Source: Malacoraja senta (Eukaryota). From it: a stretch of DNA of 64,000 bases. Under the pieces are notes generated by a model that saw only the letters and a list, made by a program, of their open reading frames with translations, was not told the DNA's origin and made no database searches. Location of the stretch: assembly GCA_038087875.1 (NCBI GenBank), contig CM075988.1, forward strand, positions 5,642,001 through 5,706,000, written 5' to 3'. Shown here in pieces: positions 36,114-48,758 of this stretch. Made by a program: the position numbers and the translations under genes. Within the stretch, counting starts at the first letter, position 1, and each line of letters starts with the position of its first letter.

Positions 36114-38304
36114 TCGTCTGTTCAGTTCATCCACCCACCACCCCTCACCTCCCCCCCCACTCCTGCCCTCTAGCCCCATCCCCACCCGACTTCTTCACCA
36201 CTCTGGCCCACTCTCCCACCCAGCCCTCTCTCACCCACTTCTGTCCTCTCCCCCCCCCTCTCTCTCTCCCCTCTCTCGCCCCCTCTCTATCTTTCCCCCC
36301 TCTCTCTCCCTCACTCCTGTCCTCTCCTCCCTCTCTCTCCCCCTCTCTCCCTCTCCCCCTCCCTCTCCCCTTATATCTCTCCCCCTCTCTTGCCCCCACT
36401 CCTCTCCCTCCCCCACTCCTGTCCTCTCTCCCACAGTACAGCACAGGAACAGGCCTTTCGGCCCACTATGTCCCTGCCGAACAAGTTGCCAAGTTAACTA
36501 ATCTCTGCCTGCACATGATCCATTTCCCTCCATTCCCTGCACATCGTATCTGCCTCCACCACCACCCCTGGCAGCACTTTCCAGGGACCCACCACTCTCT
36601 GTGTAAAACATTTCCCCTGCACTTTTGCTGTTTACTTTGCCTCTCACATTCAAGCCTTTAACATTTCCACCCTGGGGAAAAGGATCTGACTGTCTACCCT
36701 ATCTGTGCCTCTCATGGGGTGGCACGGTGGCGCAGCGGTAGAGTTGCTGCCTTGCAGTGCTTACGGACCCAGAAACCCGGAAGCCAGAAAATGGGACATT
36801 TCTCCCCGAAAATGGCAACAGAGGTAGACATGGCGGTGAGGTAGGCCTTGTCTTCACTGGGCTGGGCACTGAGTGCAGGAGATGGGATGTCATGTGCAGG
36901 AAGGAACTGTAGATGGTGGTTTAAACCGAAGATAGACACAAAAACCTGGAGTTACTCAGAGGGTCAAACAGCATCTCTGGAGGAAAGGAATAGATGATGT
37001 TTCGGGTCGAGACCCTTCTTCAGACTGAGTCAGGGGAAAGGGAAACAAGAGATTTAGACGGTGACGTAGAGAGGTATAGAACAATTGAATTAAAGTTATG
37101 CAAATATTTCATTCATTTGTTCTATATATCTCTATATCACAATCCATATCTCTCCTTTCCTTTTCCGCTGACTCTCAGTCTGAAGATGAGATATCTTGTT
37201 GAATTGTACAAGTCATTGGTAGGCTGCACATGGAGTACTGTGTACAGTTCTGGTTGCCCAGGATAGAAATATAGAAACATAGAAACATAGAAAATAGGTG
37301 CAGGTGTAGGCCATTCGGCCCTTCGAGGCAGCACCACCATTCAATATGATCATGGCTGATCATCCAGAAACAGTACCCCGTTCCTGCTTTTTCCCCATAT
37401 CCCTTGATTCTTTTAGCCCTAAGAATTAAATCTCTCTCTCTTGAAAACATCCAGTGAATTGGCCTCCACTGCTTTCTGTGGCAGAGAATTCCACAGATTC
37501 ACAACTCAGACATATGGACCAAGTGCTAATAAATACCAGCAATATAGTACAGGGCAGCACAGTGGTGCAGCAGTAGAGTTGCCAGAGGTTCGATTCTGAT
37601 TGCAAGTGCTGTCTGTGTGGAGTTTGCACATTCTCCCTGTGACCATGTGGGTTTCCTCCGGGTGCTCTGGTTTTATCCCACATTCCAAAGAGGTGCAGGT
37701 TTGCAGGTTAATTGGCTTCTGTAAAATTGTCCCGAGGGTGCAGCACGTAACAGTGGGATGACATAGAAGTAGTGTACAGGGTACTCGCTAGTCGGCCCGG
37801 ACTCGGTGGGCCGAAGCGCTTGCTTCCACACTGTATAACTAAATAGTTCAGTTTATTGCCACGTGTACCGAGGTACAGTGAAAAGCTTTTGTTACGTGCT
37901 ATCCAGTCAGCGGAAAGACAATACATGATTACAATCGAGCCATTTGCAGTGTATAGATACATGATGAGGGATAGGATGGAGGAGGTGGTTGAAGTGCCTG
38001 TGTCAGTGCTGTGTGACAGGAATCCATTCCTGGGTGTCCAGAACCAGGAGGGTTGACCAGGAGTCAGACCAGAACAAGCTGCCCTATGAAGGTAGTTGAG
38101 GCAGGGATTATCCCAACACTTAAGAAACAGTAAGACAGGTGCATGGGTAGGACAGGTTTGGAGGGATATGGACCAAAAGCGGGCAGGTGGGACTAGTGTA
38201 GCTGGGACACGTTGGCCGGTGAGGGAAAGTTGGGCTGAAGGGCCTGTTTCCACACTGTCTCACTCTATGACTCTATAAGTCTATGCCCAGAATTCAGCTC
38301 CAGA

Positions 38305-38710
38305 GCTCAAGTCTACAAAGCCCTCAATGGGCTTGCCCCCACCTACATTAAAAGTCTGCTCACCCACCATACCACCCCCAGGTCCCTCAGATCGGCCGAC
38401 TTGGGGTTGCTGAATAACCCGCGGTCTAGGCATAAGCTCAGGGGCGACCGCGCCTTTGCAGTTGCAGCCCCTAGACTGTGGAACAGCATCCCCTTTCCCA
38501 TCAGAACTGCCCCCTCCATCGACTCCTTTAAGTCGAGACTAAAAACTCATCTCTACTCCCAAGCCTTTCTTGACGTCCTCTGAGCGAGGGCTATATGTAT
38601 ATATGTATGTAGTTTGTTTGTTTATATTATTCTTATAACAAATGTAAAGCACTTTGGCCAACGAGAGTTGTTTTTTAAATGTGCTATATAAATAAATGTG
38701 ACTTGACTTG
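38305..38710 (+). mobile_element. L2-clade LINE 3' end
   Basis: YKALNGLAP.Y...RSLRS...GDRAFAVAAPRLWNSIP..IRTAPSIDSFKSRLKTHLY with the L2-type tail GTAAAGCACTTTG...GTGCTATATAAATAAA. Confidence 0.85.
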
Positions 38711-39129
38711 ACCAAGGGGTTGGCAGTGGAAAGCAGGTCCAAGTATCCAGGACCCGGAACCTTGGGCCAGGGCTCGAAGACCAAGAGTCACGTCATGATT
38801 CTGGGATCTGGGGTCCAGATTCAGGGGCCAGGTTGTGGTGTTAAGGACCAGCTGCTCAGAACAGAGGGTCTACAACAAGGACTACCAGAAAAGAGCCAGC
38901 ACTGGTGAACAGGATTAGCATGAATAGGTATCTGATGTTGGTCTGGACATGGTAGGACGAGGGGTCTGTTTCCATACCGTCTGATCCTATGGCACTGGGA
39001 CATGAGGACCAGGAGCTCAGGAGTTGTTGTCTACAAACCACGAGTCCAGAACCTGGAAACCGAGACTAGGCCCATTTGTTGTGGATCAGGTATCTACGTC
39101 CAGGTGATTATCACCAGGAGTGCAAGACC

Positions 39130-39376
39130 AGGAGTCTGGGACCAGGTGAGTCTGTGACCAGGTGAGTGGGACCAGGTGAGTCTAGGTCACCAGGTGAGTC
39201 TGTGACCAGGTGAGTCTGTGACCAGGTGAGTCTAGGTCACCAGGTGAGTCTGTGACCAGGTGAGTCTAGGTCACCAGGTGAGTCTGTGACCAGGTGAGTC
39301 TGTGATTCACGTGACTCCAGGTCACCAGGTAAGTCTGTCACCAAATGAGTCTGTGACCAGGTGAGTGTGACCAGGT
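39130..39376. repeat. Minisatellite, 16-18-bp unit GTGACCAGGTGAGTCT
   Basis: About 13 tandem units. Confidence 0.9.
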
Positions 39377-39942
39377 GTTCAAGAACACTGAGCCAGCTCC
39401 AAGTTGTAGTGTTGTTGTGGTAATGTGCCTGTAACGCTGCGGTGAGGAAGAATTCCATTGTCCCTGTCCCTACGATGATTAAACACTCTTCACTCTTGAA
39501 TCTTCTATAGTCTCTTGGTTTTCCTCCCTCACCCATATGCCCTTCCCCACCTTCTTCCCTCCCCTTCTATCCCTCTCTCCCACCTCCTGCCCTCGCCCCT
39601 CCTCCCCCCTACCCCCACTCTCCCTCCCTCCCCTCAAAGGTCCTGTCATTGTTCTGCCCGAGAGGAGGGGGTGGTGTGTGTGTGTGTCGGTGCCAGGAGA
39701 GAGGGGGGGGGGGGGGGTGTGTGTGTGTGTCGGTGCCTGGAGAGAGGGGGGGGGGTGTGAGCCGGACAGTGTGTGTGTGTGTGTGTTGGAGCCGAAGGAG
39801 GAGGGGGGGGAGTGGGGAGTGGGGAGGGGGAGTGGGGAGGGGGAGTGGGGAGTGTGGAGTGGGGAGGGGGGAGAGGTGTGAGCCGGAGATTTGCCTCGGG
39901 GTCAACACTGACTGGGCTGCCATTCCCGGCCCGTGTGACCAC

Positions 39943-39977
39943 GCTGCCACCTGCTGAAGCACCCAGGGCATTGCAGC
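39943..39977 (-). promoter_or_regulatory. Candidate CTCF site with upstream (U) motif
   Basis: Minus strand GCTGCAATGCCC-TGGGTG-CTTCAGCAGGTGGCAGC; paralogous to the 36079 site. Confidence 0.5.
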
Positions 39978-40094
39978 CCCATTGAAACCAGGAAACTCCT
40001 AGACAGAGGAGTGCAAAAGCTGCAGTAACTCAATGGGTCAGGCAACATCTCTGGAGGAAAGGAATAGGTGATGTTTCCGTTCAACACCCGCAGC

Positions 40095-40125
40095 CTGATG
40101 AAGGGTCTCGACCCGAAACGTCACC
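40095..40125 (+). ncRNA. Minimal type I hammerhead ribozyme motif (Penelope-associated) with canonical CUGAUGA core
   Basis: CTGATGA-A-GGGT-CTCG-ACCC-GAAAC-GTC-ACC: conserved core, 4-bp helix II, palindromic ACGT helix III and GUC cleavage triplet. Confidence 0.7.
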
Positions 40126-40404
40126 GATTCCTTTCCTCCAGAGATGCTGCCTGACCTGCTGAGTTACTCCAGCATGTTTAGGAAGGAACTGCAGATGCTG
40201 ATTTACACCGAAGATAGACACAAAGTGCCGGTGTACATATGCATGCGCGTGTGTGTATACATATATATGTATGTGTAGGTAGTCACAAAATGCTGGAGTA
40301 ACTCAGCGGAACAGGCAGCATCTCAGGATCAGTGGAGGGATTCAGCCCTTCCTCCGAAACATAGAGGTTGTCCACTGTGGCGTCTCGTACACCTTCATAA
40401 TCCA

Positions 40405-40760
40405 CATGACACCCCTCCCCCCACTGGACCCCTCCACTGGACCTCTCCCTCCACTGGACCCCTCCACTGGACCTCTCCCTCCACTGGACCTCTCCCTCCA
40501 CTGGATCCCTCCACTGGACGTCTCCCTCCACTGGACCTCTCCCTCCACTGGATCCCACCACTGGACCTCTCCCTCCACTGGACCCCTCCACTGGACCTCT
40601 CCCTCCACTGGATCCCTCCACTGGATCCCTCCACTGGATCCCTCCACTGGACCTCTCCCTCCACTGGACCCCTCCACTGGACCTCTCCCTCCACTGGATC
40701 CCTCCACTGGACCTCTCCCTCCACTGGACCCCTCCACTGGACCTCTCCCTCCACTGGACA
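40405..40760. repeat. Minisatellite of CCTCCACTGGA(C/T)C(TCTCC) 13/18-bp units
   Basis: More than 20 tandem units; accounts for the repetitive ORFs at 40283-40847. Confidence 0.92.
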
Positions 40761-43700
40761 CATCTCCACCCAGTGGACACAGGATTCTATGACACAGAAC
40801 AGGCCGTTTCCACCCGTCCCATCCATGCCAGCCATGATGCTATCCACACTAACCCGCTTGTCTAGGAAGGAACTGCAGATGCTGGTTTAAATTGAAGGTA
40901 GACACAAAAAGCTGGAGTAACTCAGTAGGTCAGACAGCAACTCTGGTGAAAGCGAATAGGTGACGTTTCGAGTCGAGACCCTTCTTCTGACTAAGACTTA
41001 GGGCAAAGACAAATGATAGATACAAGAGGTGGGGTAAAGAGATATAGAACAAATGATTGAAAGATATGCAGAAAAGTGACGATGATAAAGGAACCAGGCC
41101 ACTGTTAGCTGTGGTCTAGGTGAAAACGAGTTACAGACAATGAGGCTCAACAAGACGACTTTAAAGCTGGTTCGACTTGGATGGGGAGGGATGTTATCTG
41201 AGCATTAACTCATTGGGTTAGAAGGATCCCGACCCAAAATATTGTCCGTCCATTCCTTCCACAGATGCTGCCTGGCCTGCTGAGTTCCTCCGCTCTTGAG
41301 AGGCACAGATAGGGTAGACAGTCAGAACCTGTTCCCTAGGATGGAAAAAATCAAATACTAGAGGGCAGAGCTTTAAGGTGAGAAGGACAAGGTTTAAAGG
41401 AGATGTGCAGGGCAAGGTTTTTATACAGAGGGTGGTGAGCACCTAGAACGTGTGCCAGGGGTGGTGGTGGAGGCAGACATGATTTAAGAGACTTTTGGAT
41501 AGGCACATGGTTTAGAAGGGAATGGAGGTTTATGGATGTGTAGGAAGGAAATGCAGATGTTGGTTTACATTGAACATGGACACAAACTGCTGGAGTAACT
41601 CAGTAGGACAGGCAGCATCTCTGGAGAGAGGCAATGGGTGATGTTTCGAGTTGAGACACTTCTTCAGACTGAGCTGGGTTATGTGCAGGTCGTGTTTGGC
41701 ACGATCACAGGCCGACATTGAGGAGGAGCGGAGTGGAGGGGCCGCTGGAGGCCGTGCAGCAGCCTGGGGCTCCCGTAGATTGTGCACCGCTCCAAGTGAC
41801 CGAGCGTGCGGATCGGACGCGGCCTGCAGTGGCACGGAACAGCAGTAGCAGTGATGGAGGACACCGACACATCACCAGGCTATGACGAACCCTGCAACTC
41901 CCACCCAGAGCTGTCGCCAGGACAACAGGCCTTTATGGCCTAGTTAAGGCTCCACAATTTTTTTTTAACATTCAGACCTGATGAGTACAAGATGGCGCCT
42001 AAAACGTGGCGATTCCTATATACGGACAGTGCGGTCTACTATCTTCCACTCTTATGTTTAGTATGATTGTGCCTAATGTATAGCAGGATTATCACTAAAC
42101 TGTAAGTGAAGAATTTCACAATACTTAGGTGCACATGACAATAGAGTGCATTGAACCATTGCACCAGAGGTACCTGCAGCAAGACAGTGCCCAACATAAA
42201 ACCACCCTACGTCTGCAACCAAGCCACTTACCCTGACCAGGAGCAATGTTTCATGAAGTTGTTGAGTCATACAGCAGGTCCTTAGGCCCGACTTGCCAAT
42301 GCTGACCAAGATGCCCCATCTATGCAAATCTCACCTGCCCGCATTTAGCCCACGTCCCTCAAAACCGTTCCTATCCACGTACCTGTCCAAATGTCTTTTA
42401 ACTGTTGTTGTGGTACCCTGCCTCAACTACCCCTGAAGTAGGGTCTCGACCCGAAAGGTCACCACATTCCTTCTCTCCAGAGATGCTGCCTGTCCCGCTG
42501 ACTTACTCCAGTTTGTTGTGCCTACCTCCTCTGGCAGCTCGTACCAGACACAGAGCTGAGAAGCAGAGGTGGGTTTGGTCGAGTTTTGCTGGCCGAGCCC
42601 TGTCCGGCTGATGGAAGTCAGACAGTGGATAGCAAAGACTCCAGACTCAATCCATCAACCCTGTGTCGTTCTGTGGGACTGGACAGTTGCCAGTGGTGTT
42701 ATCTCCTCTCGAGAAGGAAGAGGATAATTAGGTAACTATAGATCACTTATTCTGACTGTAATTATCTGCAGACTCAACTGTGAGTGAGTTCACGGACGAT
42801 TGAATTAGTGGGCGTGCCGAGGATGATGGTCTCTTTAGTTTTTCATTTTATTGAAACAGCGTGGAAACAGGCCCTTCGGCCCACCAAGTCTGCGCCGACC
42901 AATGACCCCTGTCCAATGACACTATCCTACACACTAGGGACAATTTATAATTTTTACCGAAGCCAAAATAACCTACAAACCTCTTTGTACGTCTTTGGAG
43001 TGTGGGCAGGAAAAATGTTCCCAGCTCTGGTGGAGACCAGAACCAGGAGCCACAGTCTAAGAATAAAGGGGAGGCCATTTAAAACTGAGATGAGAAAAAA
43101 CGTTTTCACCCAGAGTGTTGAGAATCTGTGGAATTCTCTGTTATAGAAGGCAGTGGAGGCCAATTCACTGGATGTTTTCAAGAGAGAGTTAGACATAGCT
43201 CTTAGGGCTAAGGGATTCAAGGGATATGGGGAGAAAGTAGGAATGGGGTACTGATTTTAGATGATCAGCCATGATCACAATGAATGGCGGTGCAGGCTCG
43301 AAGGGCCACATGGCCTCCTGCACCTATTGTCTATGTTTCTATGAAACTGGAGATCTCGGAGAAAACTCTTGAGCAGTTGTTTCCACGCTCCTTCAAGGAG
43401 TGTCACTGGTTTGTTCTGGTTGCAAAGGATTCAGCAGCACAGTGGTGCAGCGGTAGAGTTACAGCACCAGTGACCCGGGTTCGATCCTGACTACGATCCT
43501 GACTCCTGTACGGAGTTTGTACATTCTCCCTGTGACCGCGTGGGTTTTTTTCCGGGTGCTCCAATTTCCTCCGACATCCAAAGACAGACAGGTTTGTGGC
43601 TTTAGTGGCTTCCGCAAATTGTAAATTGTCCCGAGTGTGTTGGGTAGATCGTTATGTACAGGATCGCTAGGTGCAGACTCGGTGGGCCGAAAAGCCTGTT

Positions 43701-45357
43701 TCTGCCATGTATCTCTAAACTAAACTAAACTTAAACTAAAAGATGCTGTAAAAATCCGAGTCCTTTCTTTCGTTCCTTTCCAGGTGGAGCAGGGTCCCTC
43801 GTGGTGTTGGTGGTGGTGAGTTTCTGATGCGTTTGGACATGGAATGGGAGCTCACACTAAACACAGGAATCGCACTGAGAGAAGGGGAGACCTCACTGTC
43901 CGTAAACAAAGACTTCAGCTCAGCTGCCGTTGTTGAGGTGGTGTCACTGGGCCGAATGCTCTGCCCGGCTCTGTGGGATGCAAGCTTTCTTTATTTTTCA
44001 CAATTATTTACGAGAATAATATGTACAATTCACATCAATGCCAACAAACCCACCACCATAATACAAAGTAAAACAAATATTCTTAAATATTTAATATACT
44101 GAGTATTATACAATCCTTGTCAAGAATTCTCTGCCTCAGAGGGCGGTGGAGGCCGGTTCTCTGGATACTTTCAAGAGAGAGCTAGATAGGGCTCTTAAAG
44201 ATAGCAGTCAGGGGATATGGGGAGAAGGCAGGAACGAGTTACTGATTGGGGATGATCAGCCATGATCACATTGAATGGCGGTTCTGGCTCGAAGGGCCGA
44301 ATGGCCTACTCCTGCACCTATTGCCTATTGTCTATTGATGCATTCCAGCCCCTGCGGCGCCCAGCGGTCCTGGAAATCCCCCAGGGCGCCTGTGGACAGC
44401 GCGTAGTCCCTCTCTAACACCACCCAGGCGCAGACGTAACCCCGGAAAAGGGGCAGCAGCCGACTCGGACAGAGCCCTCTTCCTCCTGGCGCCGTGACTC
44501 ACGGACCTCAGCAGGTACCTGTCCGTCCTGCCGAACTTCCGCCCCCTGCTCATTCCCCACCTCACTGTAAGGGCCCCGTCCCAAAAACCCTTCTGGGAAT
44601 CACTCACAAAAAGCCCGCCCAAAGGCTCGTCAGTCGGTGTGACTGGGGGGGAGCTGGAGACGTCGGACCCGAGGAGCGAGGGCGGCAGGAGGGTGGACCG
44701 GGGTAATGTCTCCAGCGCCTTCAAGGTCGGCTGCAGGAGACGCCCCCGGGACATGAAGATGGCCGGGCGAGGAGAGGAGAGGGACATCGGTTCGTGGGAA
44801 CTGCTCCAGTACATCGAGTGTGCGGAGAATATTCAATTTTGGACTTTGAATAATTGTGCCAAAAATGGCGGAGCCCGCCTGTGTAATATATGCAAAAATA
44901 ATTTCACTGTGTAGTTTGCTGTTGCATATGGGACAAATAAAACCCCTTAAACCATTGAAGGGAGGGTGGAGAGGGGAGGGGGAGGGGGAGGAAGAGCGGG
45001 GGGGGGGAGTGGGGGAAGGTGAGGGAGAGGGGAGAGGTAGGGGGGGGAAGGGAGGAGGAGGGAAGGGGGAGGGCTCATAGCCACCTCATGCCCCTCACTC
45101 AGCCCCCGCCATGTGGTGAGGGGGGGAGGGGGACGGCACCTCTCCATCTATCACCTGCGCTGGCAGACATAAAAGGGTTAACAGGAAATTGGCTAATAAT
45201 AACGTGATTGAGATAAATGAAAACCAGATTGCTGTATCTGCCAAAATGGTTCGAGTGATTGGGGGGAGAAAGGGCAGTGCATTTTATGTGAGGTAATCTG
45301 ACACACTTGGAACCAATTACCCTGAGAATAAACCCTGGCCCAAGACAGCCTGCAGAG

Positions 45358-45635
45358 CTGTGCGTGTTCATGTGTGCGCGTGCACATCTGTGTGTATATG
45401 TTTGCGTGTGCATGTATGAGTGTGTTCGAGCCCACTGTGTGTGTGTGTGTGTGTGTGTGTATATGCGTGTGTGTATTCATGTGCGCTGTGTGTCCGTGTG
45501 CATGCATGTGTATGTACAAATGTCAGTGTGTGTGTGCCTAGAATGTCTGGTGTGTGCATGTGTCGGTGTGTGTGTGTGTGTGTATATATGTGTGCATGTA
45601 TACGTGTGTGTGTGTGTGTGTGAGTGTGAGTGTGT
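45358..45635. repeat. Degenerate (TG)n microsatellite
   Basis: TG/CATG-rich tract. Confidence 0.9.
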
Positions 45636-46924
45636 CGGGCTCCCCACATCACTGCCCCTCCTGCCCTGGTGATAGGCTGGGCATCGGGCCCTCTGGAGCG
45701 TGGGGGCCTTCAGTAGCTCTCCACGGCAGCGGAGGCTATGGTGGCGGCACCCGACAGAGTGACACACAATCCAACAAGGTGCCTCAGCCCCTCCATGTCA
45801 CCCCCTCGTTCACCCCTCGTTCACCCCCTCGTTCACCCCTCATTCACCCCCTCGTTCACCCCCAGGCACAAAGTGCTCCAGTAACTCAGCGGGTTTGGCA
45901 GCATTTATAAAGAACATTGAACAGTGATGTTTGGGGTTGGTTGGGACTGAAAGTAGGGGATGGGTGGGGTGGGATGAAGAGCTGGAGGCAAGTAAAGACC
46001 TGGACCAAACAAGGCAGGCCACAAATGACCACAGATGGGGGTGGGGGGGTGGCTGGTAGGTCTATTGTTGCCTAGGGACAGTGTGACAAAGAAACAAACA
46101 ATAACACTGCAAAAGACAAAACCAATTCCCCCCGTTTATGTAGTTCAGAGCTTATTTGGAGGTTGTAGCATTTAATAGCCTGATGGCTGTAGGGAAGAAG
46201 CTGTTCCCGAACCTGGACGTTACAGTTTTCAGGCTCCTGTACCTTCTTCCCGATGGCAGGCGTGCAATGAGTGTGTGGCCAGGGTGGTGTGGGGGTCTCT
46301 GATGATGCTGGCTGCCTTTTTGAGGCAGCGACTCCTGTAAACCCCTTCGATGGTGGGGAAGTCAGAGCCGGTGATGGACTGGGCAGTGTTCACCACTTTT
46401 TGCTGTCGTCTTTGCTCCTGGACATTTGAGTTGTCGAACCAGATCGAGATGCAACCAGTCAATATGCTCTCCACTGCACACCTGTGGCAGTTCAAGAGAA
46501 TCCTCTCAGACACACTGACTCCACACTGACTCACCGCTCATCACGTGGGGGTCATGTCACGGGTTTCAGCTCAGGGGTCACAGGTCATGGGCCACAGGTC
46601 ATAGGCCATGCATCACAGGTTGTGGGCCATGCATTGTGCGTCACATGTGACCGGTCATGGGTCACAGGTCATGGGTCATGGGTCACAGGTCGTGGGTCAC
46701 AGGTCATGGGTCCCAGATCTCTATGTAATTATGCTGGCTGTCAATTCTGTGTGAACCAATTACACCGCTCCATTCCTCTCCCTTTGGGTAATCCACAAAG
46801 TCTGGGAAAAGTTAAAACCTGATGTGGTGGAGACGTTGGGAATCAGAAGGGAATGGAGTTTGTCCTGTCTTGTTGGGTTATGGAAACTGAGTTTCAATCA
46901 ACCAGGGGCTTGAAGCATGAAGAA

Positions 46925-47087
46925 CAGAGAGAAGGATGGGGAGAGGGAGAGACAGAGAGAGAGAGGGAGTGAGAGGGAGGGAGAGAGAGACAGAGACACA
47001 GGGAGAGGGAGGGAGAAAGTGAGACAGAGAGAGAGAGACAGAGAGAGAGAGACAGGCAGAGGCAGGGAAAGAGAGACAAAGAGACAG

Positions 47088-47136
<49 letters not shown>

Positions 47137-47275
47137 CAGAGAGAGAGAAGGGTCAGAGAGAGAGAGAGAGAGCGAGAGAGAGAAAGAGGGAGAGAGGGAG
47201 AGAGGGAGAGAGGGAGAGAGGGAGAGGGGGAGAGTGAGAGAGTCAGAGAGAGAAAGACAGAGAGGTGAGAGGGAA
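46925..47275. repeat. (GA)n/(GACA)n purine tract
   Basis: Low complexity. Confidence 0.92.
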
Positions 47276-47293
47276 TAGTTTAGGTACCAGAGG

Positions 47294-48758
47294 CAGGGCC
47301 GGATTTACGTATAAGCTAGACAAGCTTAAGCTTAGGGCCTCGAGATCTAGGGGGGCCTCTGCCCGCTCCACCAAGGTGTGTTAAACTTTTGAGATGATGC
47401 CGTTGTTACAAACCCTACCATCAGTGGCGCTGTGGGATAGTGGCGTTGTTACAAAACCTACCATCAGTGGCGCTGTGCTTGCGATTCCGGAGGCTTTGGT
47501 GGTGTGGGGGGGGGGGAGGGTGGGGAGGGGGGGGGAGGGGGGGAGGGGGGGGGATTAAAATGTAGGTGAGGTATATATTCATTGTGGAGAGGAATTTGCT
47601 CCATAGATCCTTGGATCATTGGAAGTGCAGGACAACGGAAAAGGTATGTAGTTTATGTAACCCTTTTCCCTCGCTGCCGCACGGGGGACCTACACACCTC
47701 CATGCCGCATGGGGGGCCTACACACCTCCACGCCGCACGGGGGGCCTACACACCTCCATGCCGCACCTGGAGCGGACTCACCTCGCCGCCACACGGGGGG
47801 CCTACCCAATTCGCAGCCGCACCTGGGGCGGACTCACCTCGCCGCCCCACCGGGCCCGTCGAACCTCGCTGCCCCACCGGGCCCGTCGAACCTCGCCGCC
47901 CCACCGACCATCCGCCCACCGGGACCTCCCACGCTTTGCTCGCCACTCCACCGCCCTCCAGCAGCCCGCAGCCGTCGCCTTACCTGCAGCCTGGACTCAT
48001 CACCGGGCCTGAATTTTACACCAAAGATACTAGAGGAGCTCCTCTAGTATCTTTGGTTTCTACGCTGCAGATTCCCACCACCCTGGGTTTGACTGCGCTG
48101 GGTCCTAATGCTAGTCCCCCCAACTCTGGTAACTTCAGTGGCTGTTCCACTGGGTCTTCCCCATTCCCCTCAAACCATGTGACCCCAGCTCTTCCCCACC
48201 CACACTACAGTCCTCATACCCCCCTACCCCCTGAACACCCACCACCCCCCACCAGACATCACCTCGGCCTCAGCCTTCCTCCGGCCCCAACCCCCATCCC
48301 TGCCGTGTGTTCACCATCCCCCCTGACCTCCCCCTCTCAGATACCGAACGGTTTGTCCGCAGCAGAGGCCTCACCTTTGTCCCTTCCACCGGCCGATAAT
48401 TAGTAAAGTTTTGAATTGGTCTCCCAAACTGCTTTGTGAGTTGTCTGTTTATTAAGAAGTGAACCTGTTTGTTTAGTTATAAGTTAGCCTTTTTCAAGCA
48501 GATTTGATTCAGATTTGATTCATGTTTTGCAAGATAATTGTCAATAAGGAACAATTCTTTAAGAAACATTTCCCAACTATTATACAGATTTTTTGTCTTC
48601 ACTCAAATGCTCTGCATTTTGTGAGAACGCCCCTTCATGTTTCCTTTCTAATAACTGTTGAAGATTAATTTTTCTTTTCGTGGGGGTGGGGGATTGGGGG
48701 TGGGGGGGCCTCACAAGTGAAATAGCTTAGGGCCTCTGTTCATCTAAATCCGTCCCTG
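47294..48758. mobile_element. Non-autonomous hAT-superfamily DNA transposon (1465 bp)
   Basis: TIRs CAGGGCCGGATTTA / TAAATCCGTCCCTG (one mismatch); perfect 8-bp TSD ACCAGAGG at 47286-47293 / 48759-48766; subterminal GCTTAGGGCCTC repeats; no transposase ORF. Confidence 0.88.

Noticed and set aside
40283..40847. CRISPR-like array or repetitive protein
   Set aside because: Head-to-tail minisatellite without unique spacers, in a vertebrate context.
47566..48403. 273-aa Pro-rich ORF as a transposase or cargo gene
   Set aside because: No DDE, BED or dimerisation motifs; it arises from GC-rich tandem repeats.
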